From NCBI GenBank assembly GCA_045837725.1, contig JBEWZL010000109.1:186001-250000 (forward strand): 64,000 bases of DNA. The letters are read 5' to 3'. Below are positions 29,304 to 41,093 of the stretch, one piece after another; positions within the stretch are counted from its first letter, which is position 1, and the number at the start of each line of letters is the position of its first letter. This DNA comes from Vermamoeba vermiformis. Its lineage: Eukaryota. The translations under genes and the position numbers were made by a program. The notes beneath the pieces were generated by a model, which ran no database searches, was not told where the DNA came from, and saw only the letters and a list, made by a program, of their open reading frames with translations.

Positions 29304-31275
29304 TTACATTTGAGCAATAAGCTTCTTCAGTTGTTGGTACCTCTCTTCTGCACTTCTTTTTTCCTCAAAGGACAGGCGCACTTCTTCGGATCTGCCTCCG
29401 TTAACTGCAACAGTGCTTGATTTGCTCTTTGTCGATTTTTTCTGTTTTTTGTCTTTCAACTTGCCACTGTCGCTATTTACTTGCTTAGCTTTGTGCTGGA
29501 CAGACGCTTGAGGTACCGGTACGGTGTCTCTTTTGTCTCTCGTGTGCTGTCCCTGCTCCACACTCGCTTGGTGGTTGCTTAGCCTCCACATTGCTCTTAT
29601 TGTTGATGGTATGTATTGTATTGTTGTTCGAAGTCCCTTCTTGGCGTGCCTCACTCGTGTTGCTCACTAGGCGTGCTAAATCCGTCGTGTTTGTACCATT
29701 CAGACCTTTGTTTTTCTTCTTTTTGTTCTTCTTTTTCTTCTTTTTAGGCACTGCTGTTTGAGTAGCATCGCCACTACTGCTAGCAACAGTCGACTGAGCA
29801 ATGGTAGGTGTTGACAAGGGTTGCGACACTTGACTGCTCGTGCCATTAGTGCCTTGTGATAGAGGCAGCGCAGGGATAGACTTGTTCTTTTTCTTCTTCT
29901 TCTTTTTTCTCTTCTTCTTGGTCTCACCAGTCACTGCTGCATTGTTCGCACTGTGCACTTCTGCTTTGTTCTCTATCGATCGTGCAGTAGCCCGCAGCTT
30001 GTCTTGCTTCAAATCAGGTGCAGAATCCAACGCACTGCCCCTCGTCTTGTCTTCTTTGAGCTCGGTCACTGCTTCGTTTTTCACACTGACCGGAGTGCAC
30101 TGACTGGCAGGTACACCGTCGGAGCTCGTAATCTCTCGGTTATCTTTCCTCTTCGAACGCTTTCGCTTCTTTGTTCGCACCTCAGTTGTCTTGCCCTCAA
30201 CTGCAACAGGGGGCTTGATGTCAACTGGCTTGGCATCGACGTCAGTCTCAATCTTGTTGTTAGCCGCATCGTTGTTGCTAGTCACAATGACGCTGTTCGT
30301 AGGAGGTGCATCGACTTGCAATTCAACTATTGGAGAGTTGGTAGCCTCGTTCTTCACTTGCTGTTCCGGATCCGGTTGGTCGTCATCATCTATTCGACGT
30401 CTCTTTCTGCGCGGCTGATCTTCATCTATGGACTCCTCTTCTTCGACTGAGATGTGGATCTCGCTGCTCGAGGATGACGATGAAGAGCTACGGCGCGCAC
30501 GCTTTAGTCTTCTTCGCTTGACGCGTCCTCGCTCACTGCTGTAACTCGACGCATCAGTCAACACGCTCACATCATCATCTGGCACCACAAAGTCATCGTA
30601 GTCGTAGTCAGAGTTCTCCATGTGTGCAAAGTCCTGATCCGAGAGGGCCTCGTCTTCTTCCTCTGACGAGCGCTTTTCAAACCGTTCATCTTCGCAATTC
30701 AAATACCCAGCCCATCTATTGCACTCCTTTTGAGCCTCAACCTCATCTTCTGAAGTCTCTTCTCCGCTCTCTGCCTCTTCGTCAATAAACGGATGTGCTG
30801 CGCCGTATTCTGACTCTTCGCTTGCACTGTCGCCGTAATCATTCTCTGCATCTTCAATGGTGTAGTTTGTGCCTTGTTCACGCTCCTCAACCTCCGTAAT
30901 TTTGCCGTTCTGGAAGATAAAATTAAACGATCGAGATCGCGTGTCATATTTTTTGATTTACGAACCTTTTTTCTCGTTATTTTGCGGAACCTTGATTTGC
31001 ATGTGGGGCACTGTGGGTCATTAATATTTGGAAAAGTTATGATTTATTCTCGCTTACTGTGTTGGTTCTCTCAGCCCAATTAATTATACAATTGAAACTG
31101 TGCATTTAGGTTAGCCGCAAATTAATATTTATGAATAATCATACCAATACGTGTGGCTACACCCGTCCAAGTTTGCAGGATCTGCGATCTAGATCGTGTT
31201 AATTAAATTCAATTTCATCGCAAATTAAATAACCCGTACCTTCTCGGTTAAGCAAATGCTACAAGGGCTAGACAT
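29304..31275 (-). CDS. N-terminal C3HC4 RING protein with acidic and lysine-rich low-complexity tail
   Basis: Four micro-exons splice to MSSPCSICLTEK|IADPANLDGCSHTYC|FNCIINWAERTNT|CPTCKSRF, then one large exon. Likely frameshift near 29570. Confidence 0.78.
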
Positions 31276-31359
31276 CACGAAGGAGATCTGGTGATCGAGA
31301 AGGTTAGCCTGAAAAGAGTTGAAAAAAGCGCGAACGAATGGAGCAGAGAAATTTAAAAC

Positions 31360-31379
31360 CACGTGACTACCACGTGCTC
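31360..31379. promoter_or_regulatory. Paired CACGTG E-boxes in a bidirectional promoter
   Basis: CACGTG at 31360-31365 and 31371-31376, between the RING gene (-) and the SDS3-like gene (+). Confidence 0.45.
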
Positions 31380-31506
31380 TTTTTGGTTGCAGCAATCATC
31401 GTTTTGGACGAACCATTCCGTAGTATCACTTCTAACGACAAACACTTGTGGTTATTTTTGTGACCCGTTACCCGTTAATCCCAGGATTGTTTTTTTGTCG
31501 TTTCAA

Positions 31507-32808
31507 ATGGCGGACGCTGCGATCAAAGAAGAAGGTAAATCCGGAGCGAAACAATTTAGAACGCTCAAACCCCTAATTTAATCATGCATAAATCTAGCAC
31601 TTGTCAGGGTTTTTATCATTTTTTATTAAGCGCTGGTCTAATTTTTTCTTCTTCGTTCAGAAAACTCTCTTAGCGCCAATACCTCGCAAGCAGAGAGCAG
31701 AAAGCATCCCTTAGAATCTCCCGAGGAGTACACGCGAGTTAAGAGACAGAAGATTGGTGACGTGAGCCGCGACTCAGGAGATGAAAGGTCAGACAGTATG
31801 GTCGTAGATCAAACCAACGGCGAGGGCTCTGGAGACGACGGTACTGGTAAAAAAAGAGATGACGTAATCGAGAGCATGGAGAAAATCGAGAAAGAATTTA
31901 TCGACTTGAAAGAGAAGTTTTACGCGGAGAGGTTAGCGATCATTAAACGCGAGATCGAGATGATTAAGAATGGTAAGTTCCTTTTAACCATGCTCTATGG
32001 TAAAGACGGGTCTCTTTAATTCACCCAACCTATTTGAACGGATTTAGCTTTTAATTTTTGATGTTTTCCAATAGTTTTGAAGCGAGGGAAATACCGATTG
32101 AAACTTATTTAATTTCTCTAATTTGCTAATTTTAGGCACTCACGCAAACTACTTGGAGACGGTAAAGCAGCTCGAGGACAAGAAGGCTCAAAGGATTTGG
32201 CTCGCAGACCAGTGGAGAGCCTACCAGCTTCAATGCATTAACATCGCCTTCGAGTCGGAGAAAAAACAAGCCGACGACGAGTATCAGGTACCTTATCATT
32301 TTATTTTAAATTTTTTTGTGCGGGCATCTGACCGGATTGTGTTCACAGAATGAGAAACGGGACTGCAAGGAGCGACTGATGAAGTCAACCCTGCTGAAGC
32401 GTCAACAGCTCGAAGAGGAAAAAAATGCCATCAGTCTTGTTGGTACGTGTTCAAAATTGAATCAATTTCCATCGTTGCCTAATTTTATTGGTCAGATCCT
32501 GAAGTTCGTGTATCGACGAGAATGCTTCGATCCAAACGAAAGGACGCTAATCAACCCGAAAAGATCAAGGGCGGTACTGTTATTCCTGGCGGTGTCATAA
32601 AGAAAGTTTCAGGTACGCAGCCACATTAAATGTTTGCACCCTTTCAGTGGTAACTCATTCTCTTTAAGCACCTGAAATCAAGATTGACCTCACTGACATG
32701 GAGGTTGGCGAAGATTTTGAGACGATTCATAGGGTAAGTAATTGTTAGCGCGTTGACTGTGTGCGTTGGCTCACGATCGTGTAACAGATGACTCGCCTCA
32801 TGCAATAA
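31507..32808 (+). CDS. Sds3-like Sin3/HDAC complex subunit (SUDS3/BRMS1 family)
   Basis: EKIEKEFIDLKEKFYAERL..IKNG|THANYLE..QLE and C-terminal LTDMEVGEDF. Several introns. Confidence 0.82.
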
Positions 32809-32884
32809 GATTGGTGCCTTGTACATAAATGCCGCTTCTGATGTATTTAAATAATATAAATAAATTTACTTTCATATTTACAAG

Positions 32885-33172
32885 TTATTCGGAAGGGCCG
32901 ACACCAAACACTCTGCGATGCCAAGCTCGCAACTAATAAATAATAATAATTCAGAATTAAATTTTAATCAGTTCAAGGCGATATCGAAGTATAATTTAAA
33001 CACTTACCGGTGACAATACATTTTTCTTCGGGATTGATAATGAAGTGGACGTGAAGTCAACCCAAAACACGAGGTAATACGCCAAACCGATAGTTAGTAC
33101 GGTATTGGCAGAGCGAAGTCTGCGTTGCCAAGGAGCAATAGCTTGAGAATCTTTAACTTGTCGCTTCACCAT
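32885..33172 (-). CDS. 70-aa single-pass membrane microprotein (2 exons, intron 32933-33007)
   Basis: MVKRQVKDSQAIAPWQRRLRSANTVLTIGLAYYLVFWVDFTSTSLSIPKKNVLSP|LRAWHRRVFGVGPSE*, with a canonical GTAAGT...TAG intron. Absent from the ORF track. Confidence 0.65.
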
Positions 33173-33285
33173 GGGTCGTGGATGATTGCTGCGGCCGCGT
33201 GATTGAAACAGCCAACAAAAAATTCAAGTTGCGTTTGACGCAAATTTTTAGTCATAATTTTGCATTTATCAAACTCAAGCACACA

Positions 33286-34997
33286 ATGGGTCAAGCTGGC
33301 AGTAATCCCGGACAAGGTCCTAACAGACAAAATAAAGACCAAAAGAAGGTAGCCAGCAGATTCTTTTTTATAGCCAGGCGCGAATCTAATGTTTTTTGAA
33401 GGACGATAAACCTAAAGACGATAAGAGTAAATTTGAAAGAGCCCCACCAACACGTGTTGGCAAGAGAAAGAGAAGAAAGGGCCCTGATCCATCGTCAAAG
33501 CTTCCTACAGGTAATTTTTTTAAATAATAATTGAAAAATTTTTCATTTGTTCAAAAAAACGCTTTGTATTACTTCTTTGCCACAATAATACGTACATATT
33601 TATCTCATTAATTTATAGTGACTCCTCATACCAAATGCCGCCTGAGACTTTTGAAGATGGAGAGAATAAAGGATTTCCTTTTAATGGAGGAAGAATTTAT
33701 TCAAAGACAAGAAAGATTTAAGCCACAAGAGGAGAAAGCACAGGTAATTTCCTCGTTCGCCTTTAATACAAAATTCCCCTCTTGTAAAATATTTTATTGT
33801 TGGTCATTTATTGAATCTGTAATTGCAGGAGGAAAGAACAAAGGTCGACGATATTAGAGGAACGCCAATGGCAGTGGGATCGTTAGAAGAGATCATTGAT
33901 GACAACCACGCTATTGTCTCCTCTTCTGTTGGACCAGAGTACTATGTACCGATCTTGTCTTTTGTTGAGAAGGACTTGATCGAACCTGGCTGCTCTGTCC
34001 TATTGCACAATAAGGTACGTGTGTGGCAGAAGGCGAAGTGAAGATTCGTACCTAACTTGTCGCATTTAAGGTGATGGCAGTGGTTGGTGTTCTTCAAGAC
34101 GATGTCGATCCGTTAGTCAGCGTCATGAAGGTTGAAAAAGCCCCTCTCGAGTCATACGGTGATGTTGGTGGCTTGGAGAAACAAATTCAAGAAATTAAGG
34201 TACACAAATAGCACTACTTTAAAGCGCCGGAGCTTCCTAAGCTTGTCCTAACATGTATCTCGTTGTAGGAAGCTGTCGAGCTGCCGTTGACACATCCTGA
34301 GTTGTACGAAGAAATTGGTATCAAGCCTCCCAAGGGTGTCATTCTTTACGGCTCTCCTGGTACTGGCAAGACTTTGATCGCTAAAGCCGTAGCCAATTCA
34401 ACCTCCGCAACTTTCCTTCGTGTCGTCGGCTCAGAACTCATTCAAAAGTATCTCGGCGATGGTCCCAAACTCGTCCGAGAACTGTTCCGTGTCGCCGAGG
34501 AACATGCGCCTTCAATCGTATTTATCGACGAAATTGATGCCGTCGGTACCAAGCGTTACGACTCAAATTCTGGTGGTGAAAAAGAAATTCAACGAACGAT
34601 GTTGGAGTTGCTGAATCAATTGGACGGCTTTGACTCACGAACGGACGTCAAGGTTATTATGGCCACAAACAGAATCGAGTCTTTGGATCCTGCTCTTATT
34701 CGACCTGGTCGTATTGATAGAAAGATCGAGTTCCCTCTGCCTGACATCAAGACCAAGCGCAAGATCTTCCAGATTCACACTGGCAAGATGACACTCGCTC
34801 CTGGTGTTAACCTCGAAGAGTTCGTCATGACTAAGGATGACTTGTCTGGTGCCGATATCAAGGCCATTTGTACAGAAGCAGGCTTGATGGCATTGCGTGA
34901 ACGTCGTATGAAGGTCACTCAAGAAGATTTCCGAAAGGCCAAAGAGAATGTGTTGTATAGAAAGAACGAGAACGTGCCTGAAGGACTCTACTTGTAA
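33286..34997 (+). CDS. PSMC1: 26S proteasome AAA-ATPase Rpt2
   Basis: MGQ start, [54 protein letters not shown] and C-terminal PEGLYL. Confidence 0.97.
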
Positions 34998-35220
34998 ACG
35001 ACGCGTCGGACTTGCGTGTCATCAAGTTGACCCTAGTTGTCTGATCGTCACTTATTGCATAATAAACCATTTTATTTGTTAAGAATTATGGCAAACTGAT
35101 ACACACTTCCGGTGTTTTTGAAGCTGCCAAGTTTAGTTTTTTTGATCTGAAGTAATCAAACAAACAAACACATTCACTACGCAACTGCGCAGACAAACAA
35201 GAGCACAAATTTAATCCACA

Positions 35221-35940
35221 ATGGAGAAAAACAATAATAAGGTAAATTAAAGAACTTGCTCGGTTCGTTGGACCGAGATTTGTCACATATTTTCTAATTA
35301 ATTTTATTAATTACGGTGTCTGCATTTTGGTAGCATAAATAATTGACTTGACGTTATTATCTTCAAGGGACCGGTATTAAAAAGTGGCTATCTGTCAAAG
35401 CGTGGCCAATTAAATACAGCCTGGCGAAATCGATGGTGCACACTCCAAGGTAGATACTTGCTTAATTTGATTATTCCTAGGAGTAGCATTTAACTATAAT
35501 CAACAGATGACAAACTATTTTATTACAAAAACTCGGATCAAGCGAAGCCACTCGGCTCAATCCCTTTAAACCAATCAGTTGTGCGCGTAAGTTATAATTT
35601 TTCAATATATCTTCCAACTTAATAACAAAAACGAATATCCTTCAGACATGCACCGAGGATGTAGGAAAAGAGCACTGTTTTGAGGTAGTAACAAAAGAGC
35701 GCGTTTGGCGCCTCGTTGCATCGTCTCACGTACGTATTTTTGTGAATGTTGGCACTCGCTAACTAATAACAGAAAGAGATGGTTGAGTGGATAGATGCGC
35801 TGAAGCCAAGCACTTTGCTCCACCAAGATAACGATATCATTGTGCATCTCGAGGAGCGCATCCATAAATATCAATATGCAAATTCTACAGCGATGGAAAA
35901 GAGTCTCGAAGCATTACTGACCGCACAGGCAAACAATTAA
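35221..35940 (+). CDS. Small PH-domain protein (5 exons)
   Basis: Spliced: VLKSGYLSKRGQLNTAWRNRWCTL|DDKLFYYK..KPLGSIPL|EHCFEVVTKERVWRLVASS|EMVEWIDAL. Not in the ORF track. Confidence 0.82.
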
Positions 35941-36223
35941 ATTAAAACGACACGACGAGGATCTAGATGCAGCCGCGTCATAGCAATCTCTAATACGAGA
36001 CTAAGCTGCAGGGGGAAGATATCAAAATACCAGAAGCGAGTTCGATATTAAAGACGATTGATTTGTAGAGTATGTACAATACTTTATTCAAATCCACTTT
36101 GAATAAGCGTTCTACAAGTGATAATAAAAAGACAAAATTAATCTACCGTTAACAAAATTTGAAAAATTGTAGACTGGTAAAGCGTATCGAGTATTGTGTT
36201 TTAGTTGCTTTCTGCCAACTAGC

Positions 36224-37383
36224 TTATTTGAATTCTTCGTCTTCGTCGTCTTGGAACTCAGCAGTAAGGGCTTGCTCCAAGATGGCTTCTTGTTGCTTTT
36301 GGTGCTCAAGGTCGATAGTCACGTCTTGAGGAAGAAGGGCGGGTTGTTGAACCAATTGCAAGTTGGGATCGTTTTCAAGCTTGCGGAGCAAGTAGATGAA
36401 GGGCTTTTCGTAGTTGTAGTTGCTCTTAACGGAGAGCTCGTAGTATTGAATGTTCTTCTTGCGGTGGAAGGTGATGGTTCTGGGCTTGACTTGGCGCTCC
36501 TTGAGATCGACCTTGTTACCGCACAAAACGATGGGGATATCGGCAGTGCAGACACGAGTGATATCTCTGTGCCAGTTGGGGACGTTCTTGTAAGTCATTC
36601 TGGAAGTGACGTCGAACATAATGATGGCAGCTTGGCCTCCAATGCTAAAAATAAATAAATTAGTATCAATAACAGGATAAAATTATTGAATAACATACTA
36701 GTAACCGTCACGCAAAATACCGAACTTTTCTTGACCGGCAGTATCCCACTAAATTAACAAAGTTAGATCTTGTTGTTGTGACAAGGATCGACGTAACGTA
36801 CCATGTTGAACACGATTTGACCGTTGGTGGTATACCAAGGCAAAGGAACTACATCAACACCAATGGTGGCTGAAATAAAAGAAAAGTCAGCAAATGCAAC
36901 AGAAAGTTTTTAAAATCTGGATTCGGCCCGAATCAGATGCAGTGAACACCGTTTAATTGTTCTAACCATTATACCGGCCTCAATTTAATTATTTACGCAG
37001 TTATTTGCAAAAAGAAGAAATAGGAAGCCAGCCAGCCAAGGCAGATGATAAAAAAAAAAGAACGGATACATACGAATATATTTTCGCTCGAACTCTCCCT
37101 TCTTAGTTCTGCTAACGAAAGTAGTTTTGCCGACACCTAAAAAATTAATGATGAGAAACAAAAATTTAAATAAAAAAAGGATTTGCGGAGGGAATCCTTT
37201 TTGTGGTTTCAGTAAGTCGCGAAGCTACGACTCTAATTAGTAATATAAATACTTACCACCGTCACCAACGAGGATAACCTTGTATTGCTTAATGTGGGCC
37301 TACGAAACAGTGGGGTGAGCTGCTGCGCTGGTGATCGCAAGAGACAATTGTAAACTTACGGGAACGTTGCTGAATTCGCTCAT
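36224..37383 (-). CDS. RAN: Ran GTPase (divergent), 6 exons
   Basis: [54 protein letters not shown] and acidic tail DDEDEEFK. Confidence 0.93.
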
Positions 37384-37665
37384 TATGAATGAAGTGTGTA
37401 GTTGTATGAAGGCTGATAAAAGCTAAATGCTTTCAGGGTAGACCGTTTTAGTTTGGCGCTCACTTTTTTATTCGCCCCAGGAAAAATCCACACTTTTTCA
37501 AGGATAAATCTGGGTTTTTTCAAGGATAAAACCTCCCGCCAGGGTTTTGCCGCGGTTTTTTCATAACCAGTTTTTAAAAATGTTACCGTTGCGCTGATCG
37601 AAAAGGATAAAAGCGTCTTCTCCAGCCTCTTGTTCAATTTCAAAATTTACATCAACCACAACAAA

Positions 37666-37890
37666 ATGTCTAGCCCAAGAAAATCTCTCGGCCGCTCTTC
37701 TTTGAGCCGTCAATTCAACCTGATCGCTGAGCAATCTGCTAAGAAGTTCGAACGCCGTGGTGGCCGTGCTGAAACTCGTGTCGTCAAGCCTAAGGTTATT
37801 CGCAACGGTCCCGAGGCTGACTACGTCTATGAAGCAGTCGTCAAGCGAAGCAAGAACACTAAGAGAAGAAAGTCACTCAGCAAGAAATAA
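37666..37890 (+). CDS. 74-aa highly basic hypothetical protein
   Basis: AAAATG context, strong CGT/GCT/AAG codon use, intronless, K/R-rich (MSSPRKSLGR...KRRKSLSKK). Confidence 0.6.
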   Translation: MSSPRKSLGRSSLSRQFNLIAEQSAKKFERRGGRAETRVVKPKVIRNGPEADYVYEAVVKRSKNTKRRKSLSKK

Positions 37891-37936
37891 TTCTTGGTTT
37901 TTATACTTCATATCTGACTGTTATTAATTTAACCAG

Positions 37937-39329
37937 TCAATAAATTATTTCACTTACGTTTAATATGCGAGCCCAGAGTTCTGGTTGCTTCTTTGTAATG
38001 ATAACAATTACGCATCCTTCTTTTGAAGTCCAGTAAGAACTGCCTTCGCTCACTTCTCCGTATAGCTCGAGTACTAGCCGATGACGTTGGTCCGAGTTGC
38101 TAGCAAAGGTCACTTCAAGTGATTGGTTAAACAATTGTATAATCGGCACGCCGAGAATAGCATCAATTCGGATCTGAATAAAATTATCGAGTTGTCGTAT
38201 CACTGTTGAGGGTATGTCATCGTGAGCAGAGATAGTCGCGTAGAATTGATTGTCGCCTTTTATGTGGCCACTAATTGATTTGAGAAGGATTGTTCTTTCT
38301 TCAGCTGGAAGCAAGGGCGTTTGACACCTTAAAATTGGATTCTTCTTAAATGTGTCAGAGTGTGCTACTACTGGTGTTGATCGGATTATCTCTTGCTTCG
38401 TGGCCGCAACTTTCGGCTCTTCAAAGTAATCGACGTCCGGTAGAATGCTGTACTCTGAAGCAAGTTAGTTTGGTCGTTCTCTTTTAATCATCGCGTTAGT
38501 TACCTTTAAGAGGGTTCTCGGCGTATTGTTCTTTAACAGCTTTAAGAGCAGTCTCAATTAGAACAGTTCGCTTCTTATCGTCGTTCTTGAACTCTTGAAA
38601 TGTCTTGGAAGAGAACACGCAGTCGTAAACCTTTGCTGTTTCATCTCTGTACGGCAATTTGATGGCAGGGCCTAAACTGTAGGGAACTTTGTAAACGTCG
38701 TCGCTGTCATCGTGCTTGTGGTCTTCAGGTACGTGCGCGTGGTTGTGCGCACAGTTCGTGTGACGATGTATTAGTTGTGCAGCTTCAATGGCTTTGTGGT
38801 GACAGATGTTGACTATTAAAGGCTGCTCGTGATCGAATTTGTAATCTTTGTAAATGCGCGTTCGGGTGATGAGGCAGAATCCTCTGTCTGGGCGAATGTA
38901 TACTTGTTGTGTGGTTGGATCAACCTTAAGTGGAATCTGTTTATCGTCTGATGCTTGGTCTGCTCCACTTCCAGAGAAATCAAGGCGAATAATGTCGTCT
39001 TGTTTCCGAATCCGACGTGAGTCAGCCTCAAATTTCTGAAGTTGGGTTAGTAATTAATTTTATTAAAATTAATTCCGTATTTACCAATTTTTCTTCTGTG
39101 TCTGAAGCAGTCTTGACAAAAGTTTCAAAAAGCTGACGGAATTTTGGATCCGTGAGCCATCGAACAAATTTCTCCACATCCTTTCCAAAATAAAAGTTAT
39201 AATTAACAACGAATCGTATTGCAATTAAGAGAGAAAATGGTACAATCAGTGACAGATCGCGATCGGCTTTGCTGTCATTATTGTAAGAGTAGTTACCTCT
39301 TTTGTAGATAAACCTTCGTTAGATTCCAT
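37937..39329 (-). CDS. PIH1-domain + CS-domain co-chaperone (Kintoun/DNAAF2-like)
   Basis: Spliced exons: EDVEKFVRWLTDPKFRQLF, YIRPDRGFCLIT, IVNICHHKAI, YKVPYSLGP, VYDCVFSSKTF, LIETALKAV, and a C-terminal CS-like IVIITKKQPELWARI. Confidence 0.75.
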
Positions 39330-39423
39330 GATTTTCGAGTGGTCAGGTATTGTTTCGTTTGGACGAGGTAAAACAAAAGAGAATATTATTTCTGTTGTTG
39401 TTGGAGTGCACAACTCAGCAGCA

Positions 39424-40914
39424 ATGCTTATTTTACCGCAAGAGAGGCGCTTAATATTTATTTCTATATTATCTAGATGCGTTATTATCCTCCTGGCGGT
39501 AGTGGTGTCTCATTGGATTGAACCATTTGATACGTCATCCTACGTTGCTTATGATAATATCCCAACGGCACAATATAAATCAAATTTTGATAGAATATTA
39601 CGAAGATCCTTGGTTGGGCTTGGCAATTGGGATGGAATATATTTTCTGCGGATTAGCACTCACGATTACGAATTTGACCAGTATCACGCATTTTTCCCTT
39701 TGTTGCCAATGTTAACTGCATGTCTGCGCTCATATAGTAAGTGGTATAACAGTAAGGCATGGATTACTAATACGGCAACAGTACTGGAACCTTTTCTTTC
39801 TGCTTGGTTGTCACAGCCCACCCTCACGCTATTATCAGCAGTGCTCGTTAGCAATTCATGTTTTGTTCTAGCGGCAGTTTTTCTTTACAAGTACACGATA
39901 TCGACAGTTAATGCGAGTCTGACAGAATGTTTGTAGGTTATCTGTATCAAGTGCTGCGCAATGTATCTTATGCCTATTGGTCAGCAGTATTGTTTTGTAT
40001 CAACCCTGCGAGTATATTTATGTCTGCGGCGTAAGTAATGCTTCACTACTGCGGTGAAACCTTTCTGACCCTGTCGCGTTAGATACACAGAGTCCCTGTT
40101 CGCAGCAATTGCGTTTGGTGCTCTGTGGGCCCAATCGCGTGCAGGACCTCTCGCTGCCATTCCTTTCTTAGTGTTGGCGTCTTTGACTCGTTCCAACGGT
40201 GCTGCGCTAATTGCAGTAATAGGCCACAGCACATTACTCAAACAGCTGCAATCTCGTCCCAAGACACTCTCCTCAGTGCTCACAGCATTTACTGTTGCCG
40301 GATTATTGACATTGCCAGCAGCATTGGCTGCGTGGCTGCCATTGTTTGGCTTCGAGCAGCGAGCAAGATCGATGTTCTGTGATTGCACGCGTCCTCCCGA
40401 GCTTGTGCCGTGGTGTTCTGCTCAACCTACAGGTGCTGCATTGTACGGATTTATTCAAAAGAATTATTGGAACAATGGATTGTTCACCTATTGGGAGATG
40501 AAGCAACTGCCGAACTTCCTCATCGCAGCACCGATGATTGTTCTCTCAATGATCGCCATTGTCAAGTACTTCAAACAAGACCAAAATTTCAAGAACACAT
40601 TTACGTTGGGATTAATATCAAATGACACCAGCTCCGCACAGCGCAAGGAGCCGTACTACAACTCCAACGTATCCAGTTACATTCTTCATTGGCTCTTCCT
40701 TCTAACATTCGGCATGCTCTTCATGTACATTCAGGTACTTAACAGATTTTTAAGCTCCCAATGCGCTCCTTTGTATTGGTTTGCAGCCCACTCGTTGTTA
40801 CAGAGGCCACAAGGCACAAAGGGCAAACTAACCTCAAAGCTGATTGTCGCTTATTTTGTGTTATATTGCTTTATCGGCACAATACTATTCACTTCATTCT
40901 ATCCTTGGACGTAA
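39424..40914 (+). CDS. PIGV: GPI mannosyltransferase 2
   Basis: FDTSS, GNWDGIYFLRI, YEFDQYHAFFPLLP, YTESLFA, TRSNG, FIQKNYWNNG, QLPNFLIAAP and FYPWT. Confidence 0.95.
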
Positions 40915-41093
40915 GGACTTGTAAATAAACAGATCGCAATTTCCGCATTTTGGCGCGCAAAACAAAAAATGGCTATTTCTTCTTGGGTTCATTACCAATC
41001 ACTCAAAGCTGCGCAGCACACACGACAAGGACGGTAGTGGACTACATAGAAATCATTTTCAAATCTAAAGGGACCCTCTAAAGAAAGAAAGAC

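Noticed and set aside
36920-36985. tRNA-like GGCCGGTATAATGGTTAGAAC on the minus strand in a Ran intron
   Set aside because: It resembles a D-arm only. I could not build an acceptor stem, anticodon arm or GTTCRA T-loop.
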